Below, piece by piece: positions 1 through 13,804 of a stretch of DNA of 64,000 nt. Source of the DNA: Amoebidium appalachense (taxonomy: Eukaryota; Protista; Ichthyosporea); the NCBI GenBank assembly GCA_963693365.1, contig CAVNZM010000007.1, positions 10,103,962 through 10,167,961 on the forward strand, given 5' to 3'. Numbering within the stretch: position 1 is the first letter of the stretch; the number at the start of each line of letters is the position of its first letter. Made by a program: the position numbers and the translations under genes. Under the pieces are notes generated by a model, which was not told where the DNA came from, made no database searches, and was given only the letters and a program-made list of their open reading frames with translations.

Positions 1-129
1 GAGGTGTGTGTCATGGTTTCCATCCAGCATGTGATACATACAAAGAAACACACACACACACACATCTACACACACGTACCCACGCACACACACACGCACT
101 CTCTTACACACGGACACACACATACATAC

Positions 130-274
<145 letters not shown>

Positions 275-504
275 CACCCACCTTCTTTCCCCTGCCATCG
301 GTACTGGTTTCGGCTTCTGCTATAATCATTACGTCTGCTTCCCCCCCCCCCCCCCCCCCCCCCCCCCCACCCCCCCCCCCCCCCCCCCCTCTCCTGCCCT
401 CTCCGTCATCCCCATAACCTACGGCAGTTACCGCACGTTTGAGCATCATTTTTCTGTCTCGTTCTTTACCTGTTTTCTTCCGGTCCCTCTCATCCCGCAT
501 TGTA

Positions 505-763
505 GTGGCTGTAAACATCCGAGGGGGATGTGAGTTCCGTGCATTTGCCTGTGGTACGGCTACTCCCCACCTCCCCCTACCCACATCCATGTCCTGCGTC
601 TCACCCTTTCTTCTACCCCATTTTTTGGGGGGGGCACATGTGCGCAGACACACGTACACATACACACGCACAAACCCACACACACACGCATGTACATGCA
701 TAGACACACCTGCACATACACACGCGCTCCCGCGCGCACGCGTACATACATACATACACACAT

Positions 764-856
<93 letters not shown>

Positions 857-986
857 CACAGACAGCGGAGGGCCAACCACAACATCATCAACCCAACATG
901 CAGCAGGGTGTGTGTCCCCCCCCCCCCCCACCAAAAAAAAAAAACAAAAAAAAACAAACACTATCATTAAAAAAAAAAACACACAT

Positions 987-1065
<79 letters not shown>

Positions 1066-1205
1066 ACCACCACCACCACCACCACCACCACCACCACCAA
1101 TTTTTCTGGAAGCATTTGCACTGCATGTGCACTTGATAGCGCAAGCACACTGCTCATCATATGGCACCAGCACTCCCTTTGATCTCAAAGGTCCTTTCCC
1201 TTCTT

Positions 1206-1242
<37 letters not shown>

Positions 1243-2649
1243 ACCTGCCATGAGTCCAACTTGCTCTGTGTGTTTGTGTTTCCGTGCAAGTCTTCCTGCC
1301 GACATATGTGTAGTAGATGTTGGTAGCAGGTGGAGCATAGCCTGACCTATTCATCTCCATGTGAGCTCATGGGGTGGTTTTTACTGATACTGGTTGGTGG
1401 TGGCCCACAGCCTACAACGGCAGCCTGCCTGACCAGCAATGGAGATGGTATCACCCCCACCCCACACAAAAAAACAAAAAAAGACAAAAGGAGGAAAGAA
1501 AGAAAGAAAGAAAGAAAGGAAGAAAGAAAAGAAACAATGCCTCCACCATCCGCATGTGTAACTCCACTGTGCTGGGGTCTAGAGCCATCTAGTGCAATGT
1601 CGAGCGTGAACACATAGCCCTTCACGGCCTTCCCTCACTCTTAGCAAGACAATGCTTATGACACACCCGCATAAACACACGCGCACCCACATGCACACAC
1701 ACACACACACACACACATGCACATGCACATGCACATGCACGAATGTGCACACGCGCACACACAACATGCGCAACACACGAGGCCGAACATAACCAAGCGC
1801 CTGCAAGGTGAAGGCACCTAATAACCGACATGTGTACGTGTGCAGGGCTAATGGGCCTAACGGGCAGCCGGCAATGAACGGTGACCAGGTGAGTGGGTGT
1901 GGTGGTGAGTTGAGCCGGTTATGTAGTTGTGTTTGGCCAGGCGGAAAGGGAATTCATGGTGGTGGCTGCAGGCTTCTGATTGGCTGGTATGATGTATGGG
2001 CCTGTGCTGGGCGCGTGGCAGCAGAGTTGTGATTGGCTGGGATGGTGCTATGGGCTATATTAACATGGTGTGGCTGGTGGCAGCGGAGTTGTGATTGGCT
2101 GGGATGGTGCTATGGGCTATATTAACATGGTGTGGCTGGTGGCAGCAGAGTTTTGATTGGCTGGGATGGTGCTATGGGCTATATTAGCATGGTGTGGCTG
2201 GTGGCAGCAGAGTTCTGATTGGCTGGTGGGTATAGGAGGAACAGCCTGCCGACGAGGAGGTGGCTGACGCAGATGAAACTGAGCAAGGGTAGGTGTCTGG
2301 GCCCCGGGGGGCGGGGTGGGGGGTGGGGGGGGAGGGGGGGGGGGATAGGTTGTGGTGGTGATTTGTGTGTGTAAATGGTGGTGGTGGTTGGGGGGGGTGG
2401 GGGGGGGGGGGGGGGTTCTGATCCGGTAAAATAGACGGTAGAGGAACGTTCTGAGTTCTTTCCTCGTTAGCAGTTAGTCCGTGTGTGCTCAGCCTGGCTG
2501 GCAGTGATGCACTCGCAGTGATGACATGGGCATGATCGGGGGTTGGTGGTGGTCGTGGTTTTGGGGGTGTATATGGGCAGGTGGGTAGGTGGACGTTGGT
2601 CTCTTTTTTCCCCTTTCTTCTTCTTCTTCTTCTTCTTCTTCTTTTTTTT

Positions 2650-2707
<58 letters not shown>

Positions 2708-3861
2708 AATTGGGTGTAACAATTGGGGGTGCAGAGACGAGGAGTCTGAGCCAGCGGCCAAGCGAATTCGATTGGATAAACAGGCAGAGACCATGGTGGG
2801 TGGATGAATATCTTGTATCACATCATCGCACACACACTAGACAGATAGATGCACACAGATGTGGGCAAGTGCATGCGCACGATCCTGCTTGTCTGGTGCT
2901 GTAGAGGGAGGGACGGGGCCGGGGAGAGAGGGGGAGGGGAAGAAGGGGGGGGGGGGGGGATGGGGAGGGGGAGGGGGGGGGGGGGGGGAGCAAGACAGGG
3001 AGAGAGGGCGGGGAGGGGGGAGGGGTTTAGCACAACGTTTAGTTGAAAGGTTTGGCTTGTTGGCTCTCCCCAAAGTACCGTACATCGTGATGGTGACAAA
3101 ACATGGCAGGCACTAACATGTGCACACAGGAGACGGAGGAGGGGCAGGATGAGCAGGAGATGGAGGAGGTGGGGGAGGCACAAGATACAGAACAGCAGCA
3201 GGAGCAAGGTGGGTGGGTGGGTGGGTGGGTGGGGGGGTCTCTGTTTGTGTGAGCGGGTGGGTGGGTGTCTCTCTGTTTTCTTGTGTGTGCCTCTTTGTGT
3301 AAAGATCTCGGCGGCAGGTTGAGTGTTTTTTTTTTTTTGGGGGGGGGGGGGGGGGGGTATGTGTGTATAAACTGGCTGGTGTGCCGGCTTGTGTGCAATA
3401 ATGTAACAGAATGTGGTGAGTCGATAGTGGTCGTGGTGGTGATGGTAGTTGGGCACTAAGATAATCTGTGCTGCAGAAGCAGATGGGGACCTTGAGCAGA
3501 TGCGAGTGCTGGAGGCAGAGAGGGAGGCAGACGAGAGGATGGTCAACATGATGGCTGCTGATGGTGCGTGTGACTTGCAGCCAATCAAATGGCACAATGT
3601 GGCTGCCTGAATCTTGACTTGCACTGGCTCACTAGATCGAGAGTACCTACCCAATCACGCATCCTGCAAAGATTTGTGATCATGGCCGCCTGGATCCCCC
3701 GTCCACAGGGTCGAGCACTCGATATCCCCCCCCTCCCCCAACCCCCCTTCCCGCCCCTTCCCCTCACGGTTACCGGCTAAACAATCCCTGGCTACCCACT
3801 CACCGACGGACGTATACCCAGAACACACCCTCACCTTCCCCCCCCCCCTCTCCCCCCTCCC

Positions 3862-3914
<53 letters not shown>

Positions 3915-4054
3915 ACACACACACACAGAGGAAGAGGAGGAGCGACAAGAAGAGGAACAGGAAGAGGTAGAACAGGCCCCAGCCGAGGAGACACCCATGG
4001 CAGAGCCAGAGCCGGCCCCAGAGCCAGAGCCGGCAGAACAGCAAGGTGGGTGCA

Positions 4055-4091
<37 letters not shown>

Positions 4092-5026
4092 TGGTTATGG
4101 TGGTGGTGGTGGTGAGGAGAGGGGGGAGGGGGGGGGGGGGGGGGGATGGGTGCGCTGTGCAAGGGCACCCATGCGTGATATGTGGGCAGGTGCATACATG
4201 TTTGTGTATGTGTGTGCGCGTGCATGCAAGTGGGCTCAGGTCGTACTGTCTGGTGCCGTTTCCTTCATGCCCGAGTGTGTGTGCTAGCAAGCAAACCACC
4301 TGCATCGCCTCTCTTCGGTCCAAAGTGCCCCCGTGAAAAGTCCGTTTGCATGTGCACCATCCCTTACACTTCATGTGCTTGTCCCTGCATGTGTGTGCAC
4401 ATAGCCACATGCATGTTTGGCAGCATGCAGTGTATGGATACCCACACGGGCTAAGTGACTTGTTTGGTGCAGGGGCAGAGGAACAACCACCAGTAGTCGA
4501 GGAGCAACAACAAGAGGTGCCCATTCCCATCCACCGCCCGCCCGCCCCCCTCCCCACGCCTCGCTCCCTCCCTTGGGCGTTCCTCTCGAGAGCTAACCAA
4601 CCTGCCTACACATCCCCACGCAGAATTCACCTATCATATATAAACAAGAATGAAGTCCAAAGAAATGCATGCAAACACACATGAGGAGAAGTGCAAATAG
4701 ATGTTTACAAACACGCCACATCCCATGCACCTTACCGAATACGCCATGCCTGTCTGGTGGTAGAGTCTCTGCAGTCGCATTGATGACATCTAAGTGCAGC
4801 CCCAGTTATCCTCCCCCTCCCCCCTCCCCCCCCCCCCCCCCCCCCCACACACACACACGCACACACCCTCCGTCTCCCCCCTCTTCTCTCCCCTTCTCCC
4901 GCTGTGGGAGCCTATTGCTCACCCTCCCCATCCTCCAGCCCCCCCACCGCCCGAGCTTGAGCAGGCACCAGCACCCGTCCAACCACCACCAGCAGAGGAG
5001 GATTCGGATGATGACTCGGATGGGGT

Positions 5027-5078
<52 letters not shown>

Positions 5079-5207
5079 TTGGTGGTGGTGGTGGTGGTGG
5101 TTTTGGGGGGGGGGGGGGGGGGGGGGTTGAATGGGTGGGTGGGTGTGGGGGTGGATGGGTGGTGGGTGGTGGGTGGGTTGACTTTCTTCCACGCTTGCAT
5201 CTGTATC

Positions 5208-5281
<74 letters not shown>

Positions 5282-5327
5282 TGTGTGTGTGTTTGTGTTT
5301 CTGGTCCGCCCCGGGTGGGTGTGTGTG

Positions 5328-5372
<45 letters not shown>

Positions 5373-5461
5373 GCTGTTACTGGTTACTAACGGGTGGTGT
5401 GACACAGGGCCACCTCCTTATCATCAAGAATTCGGATGCAGAGGACAGCGACAGCAACTAG
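505..5461 (+). CDS. 3' part of a multi-exon gene encoding an acidic, low-complexity protein of unknown function (partial; exon set approximate)
   Basis: Short AG..GT-bounded exons with coding-like E/Q/D-rich content: ~2236-2288 (EEQPADEEVADADETEQ), ~2734-2794 (DEESEPAAKRIRLDKQAETM, NLS-like), ~3130-3207, ~3477-3562, ~3929-4045 (EEEERQEEEQEEVEQAPAEETPMAEPEPAPEPEPAEQQ), ~4473-4516, ~4939-5025, ~5408-5461 ending in TAG. No recognisable domain; the 5' end probably lies before the window. Confidence 0.5.
2015..2225. repeat. Intronic minisatellite, ~62-bp unit, ~3.5 copies
   Basis: GCAGCAGAGTTGTGATTGGCTGGGATGGTGCTATGGGCTATATTAACATGGTGTGGCTGGTG recurs at ~62-bp period with few substitutions. Confidence 0.9.
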
Positions 5462-5561
5462 AGGGCATGGTGGTAGCATGACCCCATGTATGCATGTACC
5501 TACCACTGACAAGAATGATTGTGTGTGGTGGCTGTTTTGATTGTTTTTACCTTTTTTTTTT

Positions 5562-5610
<49 letters not shown>

Positions 5611-5899
5611 GGGGGGGGGGGGGGGGGGGGGGGAGGGGGGGGGGATATATATCTGCCCATAGCAAATCAGGGCACCTGTAAAAGCTGTCTATGCAGGAAA
5701 CAAAAAGGGGTGCAAAAGGGAGTGGGCACGAAAGTGGACAAGATCGACTTAGCAGGCATGGTGGGTGGGATGGGAATCGTATGCTTGCACACACGGGGTA
5801 CCACTGCAGTAGTGTTACAATGTGCCAGGTATGCCATCCAGGCCCAAGTTTTGATATGGGCCATGGAAGGTGCGTGGGTAGTTGAGGGTGTGTGTGTGT

Positions 5900-5949
<50 letters not shown>

Positions 5950-6604
5950 TGATAGACAATGTAGTGGATGAAGTATCTGGATACACACACAGTATGTACA
6001 TGTCAAGGCCATACGAGTTATTCTGTCGACATGATAAGTGCACTATCCATATGCCACGTGTGCGTACACATGCTGGCGACATAATGAAAGCACCTTGCTG
6101 ATGCCACTGTGCCGTCCGTATGGATGGTCAGTACATATGGCCTGTGCAGACACGTGCGCTGTGCATGTCGACATAATAGTAGGCCATGGCCATCAGAGTA
6201 CACGCCTTTAAAGTTTTGACATGTGCATGCAGTCGACATGATATAAACACACCGAGCATATGCCTGTGCACATATGCATGTTGTCGACAAATAAGCACAC
6301 CTTGATCAAGCTTGGTATACCACCATGCATATTTTATAGCACTAAAAAATAAAGTAGGAATATGCATGGGCATGCTGTCTATCCACATGATCACTGCAAG
6401 CCATATCTTCTACAAGTATTAGCCTGTTCACACATGCATGCCGTCATCATCGGCTAACACTGGTGTGCATATATGCCATGTATTCCTGCAGGGTGTACAT
6501 GTCGAAATTTTATCAATATGATGTGCAGTCAACTTAGTCCATACGTATATATGTGCATGTTGCATGCACATGCGTGCGTTTCGAATTCACATATCATTGC
6601 ATGC

Positions 6605-6644
<40 letters not shown>

Positions 6645-6990
6645 ACACACACACACCCAAAGAAATAATATTATTTATAATAGAAATAAAACTACCTTAG
6701 GCCTACAGTAGGTCTAGCTGGTTACGATGCATGTCACTGGTGTAGCGGCTGCACATGCACGAGAATATTGTATGCCCGTGTGAGAGTTAATGCACAAATC
6801 GAAACAGTCACTTGCATTCGGATCTGGCCATTTAGTCTGAGATTTCACGTGAACATTACGTGTCACCAGCAGCACAGCTGCCTGGTGTCTTTACCCATGC
6901 AAACCAACATGCATGTGCATACGAACTCTTACCAATATCTAATCAGTCACAAGCACATCGCAAATATTGGGCTCCACTCCCCCCCCCCCC

Positions 6991-7023
<33 letters not shown>

Positions 7024-7039
7024 ACACACACACACCACC

Positions 7040-7096
<57 letters not shown>

Positions 7097-7680
7097 CCAC
7101 TTAATCTTACCAGCATCCGTGTCATGATCTTAGAGTTTTCTAAATAGCTAGCTTATTCTAAATTGATGGAAAATCCCACGGACAAGAACAAACCCCAGGG
7201 TGACGAAGCTAATTCTTTCGTGCTCTAATTTTCGTGCACCATCTCTCGAGCGCAAATATCACAACTGCATATATATATCTCATATCTACACATGCAATTC
7301 CAGCATATATACACCTGCATCATTCTACATTTCGATAATCTAACACCTGGCCTTACCATCCCTGCTAATCATATAATCTGATGCATGCTTTTACAAACTA
7401 TGTGTCTGCAAGCAGCATATTTTCACCCGAACCCCAACACGTGATCTGGAGCCTATCACATGCGGCCACGTGTGCAAACACCATACACCACAGTCATTCC
7501 AAAAAATCTGTTCGTTCATAACAAACCTTCGTGGTAACACCCCCCCCCCCCCCTCCTTCGGAGGAACAAAAAACCCTCCAACAAAAAACAAAAAAGAGGC
7601 AAAAAAAAGCTCCCCGCTATATACGTTACTAACATGGAACGGGGACACTCGGGACGGCACCCACAACCCATGTCTCACCA

Positions 7681-8297
7681 TTAGGGAAGGGATGCAAGGG
7701 CAGATTTGACTTCTTCGTCCAACCGCCGCTGAGCTTCTGTTTGCGTTGGCTGTGCGTGTGTGCGTCCGTGCGTGCGTGCGTGTGTGTGTGAGTGTGTGTG
7801 TGTGTGTGTGTTTTGCGTGTAGAGTGCTAATATGGCAGGGTTGGGGTTGAAATAAATAAGGGGGGAGGACGGAGGGGGTTGAGGTGCTATATCTTCACAG
7901 AGTTTGTGCATGTGTGTGAAGGTACATGGGTGGACATGTGAATGGGTGCACACAGACGCAATATGAAAAGAGTTGACCTGTACGTGCTATGAGCAATATT
8001 CAGCATTCTTGAGATGTTGGTTTCCCCATCCACATACACACTTCACTCAACAAGCCCATGTCAGCCCCATTATACACATATCATAAAAGTAAACCGCACA
8101 ATCACCACCTACCCCATATATATCCTCACACATACATGTGCCAACAATCCCGTACACGTACACGTACATGCAAAGGCATGCAAGCTCACACATGCACATG
8201 ATGTCATCCCCCCTTGCAGCCCCCCCCCCCTTCCCCCAAGCCCCCCCTCCTCCCCCCAACCCATCACGACCACCACCCCGCCTCTCTTCTCCCCCCC

Positions 8298-8328
<31 letters not shown>

Positions 8329-8486
8329 AAAACAAAAAAACAGATGCACCCACCAGGTCTAGTGTGGCCTGGTACCATTGCCGTGCATCTGCCATGCGGC
8401 CCATTGCCTGATAGCAGCGGGCAAGGGCAAGACAATTGCGCTTGAAGGGCCCACGCTCATGCGCTGTGTGTGCGTGTGTGTGCGTG

Positions 8487-8560
<74 letters not shown>

Positions 8561-8617
8561 TCATGTGAAAGGTATAACCAGCCAGTAAATAGGACATAAG
8601 GCAGGAAGTCGATATGT

Positions 8618-8648
<31 letters not shown>

Positions 8649-9031
8649 GGGGAGGGCAGGAGGGTGTGTGGGTGTGTCGGCCGGGGGGGGGGGGGGGGGG
8701 GGGGGGGGGGAGGTCAGTGAGTAGTATGCCGTAAGAGGTAAAGAGCACAATAATGAAATGCACGGTGAAGCACACTAAGTATCTATTACACTTGTCAACA
8801 CATGAAACGTCGTCCAATGGGCTAAGCAATCAGCCCGTTGGATCAAGAAGTGCTGCAGCACGATAAGAAAAAATTCTGTTCCTTTAAAACAATCAGCTTG
8901 CTCTCCCTCCCTCCCCCCCCCCTTCCCTCCCTGCCTGTGAGTGTGTGTACATGTGTGAACGTGTAGGTGTGTGTGTGTGTGAGGGGTGGAGTGTGTGCGT
9001 GTGTATGTGCGTGTGTGCGTGCGTGTTTTCT

Positions 9032-9097
<66 letters not shown>

Positions 9098-9377
9098 GGG
9101 GCACAAACAGGCACTTCCCCGACAAACACACACAGATTTATGTGTGTGTTTGTCGGGGAAGTGCCTGTTTGTGCATGGTCCTACCTTGCATGAAGTATCT
9201 TACGGCCTCTTCATATGTTGTTGTCGGCACCTTCCCAAAGATGGCTGTGAACACAGTCAGATGCCACGCAACCTACCCCCCCCCCCCCCCCCTCCCCCCT
9301 CCCCCCCCCCCCCCCTCCCCCCCCTCCCCCCCCCCCCCCCTCTTCCCCCCACCCCCCCTTTTTTTGGAGGGAGATTG

Positions 9378-9408
<31 letters not shown>

Positions 9409-9499
9409 AATGTACACCTGCCACAAACACTACCCAAAACGAGGCTCTCCCTTCTTCCATTGTCTTCCTTGCCCCTCTGCACCCCCCCCAGCCAACCCC

Positions 9500-9530
<31 letters not shown>

Positions 9531-10054
9531 AAAAAAATTTAAAAAAACAAAAAAAAACGCATCCCTGTGCCAACCACAATAGTATATCAATGCATGGAAA
9601 CCTCCCCCCTCCCCCCTCCCTCCCTCCCTCCCCCCTCCCCCCCCCCCTTCCAGCTTCCTCCCCACCCACCGCCCCCTCTCCCTTACTTTCTTTTTAACAC
9701 CATTACCACCACAACAACCACCTCTTCCTCCTGGCATACCCTTCCACTCAGCAGTCTGTTAATTTGTTAATTTGTCCATAGGTGGCAAGAGTCATGACAC
9801 AAAGAACAAGGGGGTGGAGAGGGATGGAGAGTAGTGGTGTGTGGGTAACCGGCGACGAGAAAAAAATGCAAAGACGTGCGGCGGTTGGGGTTGGAGGCTG
9901 TAGATTGGTTTTTTGGCGCCCCAGGTGAGGGGGAGGGAGGGGGGGGAGGGGGGGGGGGGGGAGGAGGAGTCACCGTTTGCTACAGTTCTCTCGAGCCAAC
10001 CGACACCGGCCACCCGATAGCACCAACAGCCAAGAGTGTGGTAGTTGGCACTCT

Positions 10055-10148
<94 letters not shown>

Positions 10149-10731
10149 GGGGAGGGGGGGAGGGGGGGGGGAGGTAGAGGGGGGGCAGGATGAGTGTGCA
10201 ATACATCTTGACACTATCGAATGTGTGTGTGTGGCTCCTCATCAACTTGCTAAAACCATGGGGTAAAAGTGATCAGGGTATTACACATATAAGATGCAAA
10301 TCTCAAAGAACAAAACAACACCTTACATTGTGACGTAGTAACAGTGGGCCTAGAGATCACCAAATAGGGCCTCGTGTGTGTGTTTGTGTATGTGTGGTGT
10401 GTGTGTGTGTGTGCGCGCGTGCGTGTGTGTGTGCTTGTGCCTGTGTTTGGGCTTTTCTTTTTTCTTTTCTTTTCTTTCTTTTTTTGGGGGGAGGGGGGGA
10501 GGGGGGGTTAGCACATACGTCGGGGATGAGTTGTGTGCCACGCAGGGCATGGTCTCTGATCTGGTGGGCACTGGCCACCTTCTCTCTGATTGGTAGATAG
10601 TCACCCTGTGGGTGGGTGAGTGGGTGGGTGGGTGCGGGGGGGGGGGGGGGGGGGGGGTAGAATGTGTCTCCGAATACAGGGAGGGGGGAGGGGGGGGAGG
10701 GGGGAGGGGGGGGGTGTTCCTAGTACGAAAC

Positions 10732-10775
<44 letters not shown>

Positions 10776-10973
10776 GGGGAAGGGATTAGAGTATTGGAGG
10801 GGAGGTGGGCGGCAAGACCCAAAAACAGATAAGACACACGGGGCCCCTCGCACCGAAAACAGAGCGGGATTACAAATCACCTTGAAAGCATGCTGGCACT
10901 TTTTAGCCTTTTGGTGAGTAAAGGTACAACATCCGCGCGTGTGTCAATGTTTCCCAATACATGATACAGCCTA

Positions 10974-11006
<33 letters not shown>

Positions 11007-11296
11007 CCCCCCCCCCCCCCCCCCCCCCCCCCGCCTCCCTCCCTTTCCCCCCCCCACCCTCCTCACACCCCTAACGCTACCCCCCCCCCCCCCCCCCCCC
11101 CCCCAAACACACACACACATGCACACACACAAAATCACACACGGACACACATCAATACACACTACCCGACCTTGCCTTGCAACCCACATACAGACCACCC
11201 TCCAGGCTCTATCAGAGCCACCCCTCCATGTTTTCATCAAAATGAGTAACCGTTTGAATTTGGTGGAAGCAGGTTGCGGGTGTGTGTGCGCAGGAA

Positions 11297-11349
<53 letters not shown>

Positions 11350-12300
11350 CGCGCGTGCGGCGCGCGCACGCGCGAATGTGCGTGTGCGAGCACGCATCCG
11401 TGCATGCATGCCCAGAGATGGAGCGGTGTAGTCTAGTCAGCCGGGACTAGCCCAAAAACCATTCGGGTTGGGGCTGACTAGCCCAGCCGGAAAACTAAAC
11501 GGGTTGGGCTAGGGGTGTTTGGGCTGGGACCCCCCTGTAACCCCCCCCTCACCCACTATGTAGCAACCCCCCAAGAGACCAAAACCCCTCCTAAAACCGC
11601 CCTCCTTCTATGTCGTTTGCGCAAACAGACTCTCCATGTATGGTAGTTCAGTCAGCCCAACCCAACCCATTTCCAGCCCGAAAAGTTTGCGGGTTGGGCT
11701 TACCCAGCCCAGACCAGCCCAAAACCCGCCGCACCATCTCTGTGCATGCCTTTGTGTGTAAGTGTTGGTTTGTTGGGGTGGAAGGGGGAGTGACAGTAAA
11801 GTGCATCAATATATTCACAACCATTGAACAACCCTCTCAGCACAGAAACACTCTCTAACTAAGGCATTTTTTTTGTTTTTGTTATTCCCTTTTTTTTTTG
11901 TTTTCCTTTTTTCTTCGAGAGGGGGTTTTTTTCTGGGGGGGGGGGGGGGGGTTCTATACGACTGTGCCAAGAGAGATTGCCAGCCAGGTATGAGCCCAGC
12001 CACAGTCCTGGTCGATGGCAAGGGCCTGTCTGGCCAGTGCCACTGCCTGCGTCATCTCGTGCTGCTTGGTGGCTGCATCGGCTGCCTCTGTGGCTAAGCC
12101 ATATAAGTATCGGGGTGGCATGTTTCTATTGGTCTAATAGATCTATCTGGGACTGGAAGGTCGGAAGGAAAGGCGGAGGGGCCGGGGGGGGGGGGGGGGG
12201 GGGGGGGGGAGGGGCCAAGGGGAGGAGCAGAGAGGAAGAGAGGGAGCTAGGAATGCTACGAAGCAAAGAGGAAGAGGAGGGAGGAGGAAGGGGGGAGGGG

Positions 12301-12331
<31 letters not shown>

Positions 12332-12660
12332 AGTGTGTGTGTGTGTGTGTGCGTGTGTGTGCGTGTGAGAGAGGGAAAGAGGGAGAGAGCAAGAGAGAGA
12401 GAGGGGCGGGGGGAGGGGAGGGGGGGGGGGAGGGGGGGAGGGAAGAGGAGAGAGAGAGAGAATGAGAGTAAGGGAAAGAAAACGAGCGAGAGAGGATGAG
12501 ACAGCAACGGAGCAAGACAATAAGGCCCGGAGTGGGTGTACACCTGTGCGCGTGTGTCCGCAGGGGAAGGGGAGCGGGGGGAGGGGGGGGGGCTAAAATA
12601 CTCGAGTTAACCTAACACACAATAATCTGAAAAAATAAAACTTTTTTTTTTGGGGGGGGG

Positions 12661-12691
<31 letters not shown>

Positions 12692-13142
12692 ATAGGGTAG
12701 GGAAACGGGGGACATGCGCATGTCCCCGAGAAAGCCGTGTGGGGGGGGAGGGGGGGGGAGGGGGGGGGGAGGGGAAGGGGAGGGGGTTTATCGTTAGCAA
12801 GCGAGGGAAAAGGGGGGAGGGGGGAAGGGGCGGGGGGGGGGGGGGGGGGGGGGGGGGGGAGGGCGAGGGGAGTACGCACCCTCTCCGTGTTGCTGTGGCA
12901 GAAGAAGACGGCAAGAAACAATTGGACGGTAATGTTAGTGGCCCGGCACAGAGGTGTGAAGGTTGGGGAAAGAGTGGGGGGGTGTGGGGTTAGTTGGAGG
13001 GTTGGGGTTGGGGGCATGCCGGAAAGGGGGAAGGGCCGCCGAGGGGAAGGAGATGGGGGGGTGTGGGGGGAGGAACAGAATGAGAATCGTTCAAAAAGTG
13101 GGCGGGAAAGAGAGGGGCGCAGTTCAAGGGTTTCTTTTTTTT

Positions 13143-13173
<31 letters not shown>

Positions 13174-13804
13174 GGGGAAGGGGGGGAAGGGGGGGAATCA
13201 ACCCTTCTTGGGGCGGGGGGAGGAGGGGATGGGGTTGGGAGGGGGAAGGGGGGGTTGGGGCGGAAATGAGGCAGGAGTGGTTCTACGGAAGAGTGCGGCT
13301 ACAACTTGAGACCTCGACTTTGCTGAGTATATGTTGGTATGCTAGAACCTTGGGCTCCCAGTAGCAGACATGTGAGTAAACGTGCACCCCAGTCTGCCAC
13401 CCACTAGTCCTTTGTTCACGGTATCTCACATGTTCCCTACTGCCATTTCACATAATACACAGCCACACAGCCACCAAAACCTTCATGGTAGACTAAGTGG
13501 CTAGGTGCCAACAACCACTTGCACGTGTGCACACAGTACTCACCCAGGCCGACCGGGCCAACCTCCAAACAAAGTCTGCCTCCTTCCCATGTGTAGCAGC
13601 CAAAGACTGCAGCAGCCTCCTCTCCTCCCCAAACCTATTCTGCTCGTAGAGGCTATCTGCCTGCGCGTGCGCAGAGAGAGTGAAAACATTTTCAAGGGAA
13701 CATTGTCAAGCAAACAAAGTTGGGTGAGGCTGACACGGAGTCACAAACAAGATGCTGTCGCAGACTGCCAGCCACTCTCTTACCTCGCTGTATACGTCCG
13801 CCAT
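7681..13804 (-). CDS. RMDN1: Regulator of microtubule dynamics (RMDN1/FAM82B-like) TPR protein, ~8 exons, ~225 aa
   Basis: Exons spliced by hand with GT..AG sites: 13804-13784 (MADVYSE), 13660-13544 ([10 protein letters not shown]...[11 protein letters not shown]), ~12130-11960 (..[31 protein letters not shown]; acceptor uncertain), 10605-10519 ([29 protein letters not shown]), 10055-9974 ([27 protein letters not shown]), 9244-9185 ([20 protein letters not shown]), 8463-8354 ([22 protein letters not shown]..), 7749-7681 ([22 protein letters not shown]). Colinear with RMDN1 motifs as I recall them (WRLARA, AHKWYAI, GxWCY, STYExAL). Confidence 0.88.
9101..9174. other. Perfect 34-bp inverted repeat with 6-nt loop in an RMDN intron
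   Basis: GCACAAACAGGCACTTCCCCGACAAACACACACA-GATTTA-TGTGTGTGTTTGTCGGGGAAGTGCCTGTTTGTGC; the arms are exact reverse complements. Confidence 0.95.
11413..11742. mobile_element. hAT-type MITE (330 bp) in an RMDN intron
   Basis: TIRs CAGAGATGGAGCGG / CCGCACCATCTCTG (13/14). 8-bp TSD TGCATGCC at 11405-11412 and 11743-11750. Subterminal AGCCC/GGGCT repeats. An 8-bp TSD with CAG ends is typical of hAT. Confidence 0.85.
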
